Shown: positions 63,095 through 64,000 of the stretch, in pieces
How positions within the stretch are numbered: the stretch's first letter is position 1
Layout of the letters: the number at the start of each line of letters is the position of its first letter
Source of the DNA: Amphiscolops sp. MND2022
Lineage: Eukaryota
Length of the DNA: 64,000 bases
Assembly: GCA_964187785.1 (NCBI GenBank)
Contig: OZ076409.1
Span: forward strand, 13,828,001 to 13,892,000
Reading direction: 5' to 3'
Notes under the pieces: model-generated
Database searches by the model: none
Told to the model about the DNA's origin: nothing
The model's input: the letters and a program-made list of their open reading frames with translations, nothing else
Program-made: the position numbers and the translations under genes

Positions 63095-63591
63095 GTCGAA
63101 TACAACAGGTAAATATTTTCTCATTAAAGTTTCCGTAAGAGTTTTAGAAAATCATAATAAAAGTTGCTGGCAACATTAAAATACATGCAAAAAAAAAATT
63201 AAGTTCAAACATATTGGCTGTAACAGCACTAAAAACTAGTAGTTTGAATTCGGCTGTATGGGACCAAAATTTCATTTTCTGCTCTATGAATAGGCACCTA
63301 ACTTACTGTACAAGTCACACAGCGGGAGCGCGTGAACACAATGTGCGAAAAGACCTGAACTAAAATTAACAATTTGTGTAAACAATTTGTGTAAACAATT
63401 CGCCAGACATTTGCTCTAAGTTTTATTGGTAAAATTATTTGACTCTTAAAATAAATTATTTGTATTTTATCATAGAAAAAGTAAGTTATTTGTATTTTTC
63501 CGCGTTCCAGTAAAATATTTTGATGATATTTATTGGAATTATTTAAGCGGAATTTTTTTCGGTAACCCTGGTATGTTGTGTATTAAGTTCG

Positions 63592-63801
63592 TCAATCATT
63601 GGCTGCCGCGCCTTTATCCTTCTCGCCTTTCTTCCTACGCGGCTTGGTGGTCGATGACGTAACGGCCCCAGTGCCTGCATTGCCCCCCGACCCGTCTGCA
63701 TTGTCTTGCTGCTCGGAACTCTCGGCCGCCTTGCGCCTACTTTTGTTCACGCTTTTCTTGATATTAGTCATCAGTTTGTGCAGCACGTCTTGGCTGAAAT
63801 T
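63592..63801 (-). CDS. Terminal coding exon of an unidentified host gene (upstream exons outside the window or not recognised)
   Basis: GC-rich 70-codon frame NFSQDVLHKLMTNIKKSVNKSRRK...GAAAND*, preceded by acceptor TTTTTTTCTAG. Confidence 0.65.
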   Translation of the reverse strand, partial: NFSQDVLHKLMTNIKKSVNKSRRKAAESSEQQDNADGSGGNAGTGAVTSSTTKPRRKKGEKDKGAAAND

Positions 63802-64000
63802 CTAGAAAAAAATCAGGGTTAAAAATGAGAAACTAAATGTCTGAGGTTTCTTTTGATGTATCGTGAAGGTTGGAGATTTCTAGATCTTCAAAACAAAGAA
63901 ACGAACGCTTTGAGCTGGAAATCAGGGTAATCGTCAGGCAATTAGGTGATTAATTGATCCCTCAGTTGTTCTAATTACTTGCAAAAATTTTCAGGGTTGT

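Larger units (their letters stand above)
59901..63570 (-). mobile_element. hAT DNA transposon, decayed, with nested MITEs
   Basis: TIR CAGGGTTACCGAAAA at both ends. 8-bp TSD GTATGATG / GTATGTTG (1 mismatch). Confidence 0.88.

Overview
AT-rich, repeat-dense eukaryotic (invertebrate-like, spliceosomal introns) DNA with very little host coding sequence. The main feature is a 15.6-kb Ty3/Gypsy LTR retrotransposon on the minus strand (700-16343, ATAGT target-site duplication, ~2.2-kb LTRs) with an unusual layout. Its gag frame starts inside the LTR. Between pol and the 3' LTR it carries an ~1050-codon, 8-exon gene on the opposite strand that keeps 7 introns and looks like a zinc-finger, hAT-transposase-derived protein. 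It also carries a 216-aa acidic ORF, and the two extra genes diverge from a shared CRE/CCAAT-containing spacer. The window also holds a young, gag-deleted BEL/Pao element (48852-54786) nested in an old Gypsy relic, a decayed hAT transposon (59901-63570), a decayed Tc1 (58375-59871), about ten TSD-bounded MITEs, several Helentron/DINE-1-like non-autonomous elements, a CORE-like tRNA SINE, older Gypsy relics, one possible Ser-rich host gene and one terminal host exon. All coordinates and alignments were made by eye; family assignments rest on motif recognition, not database searches.
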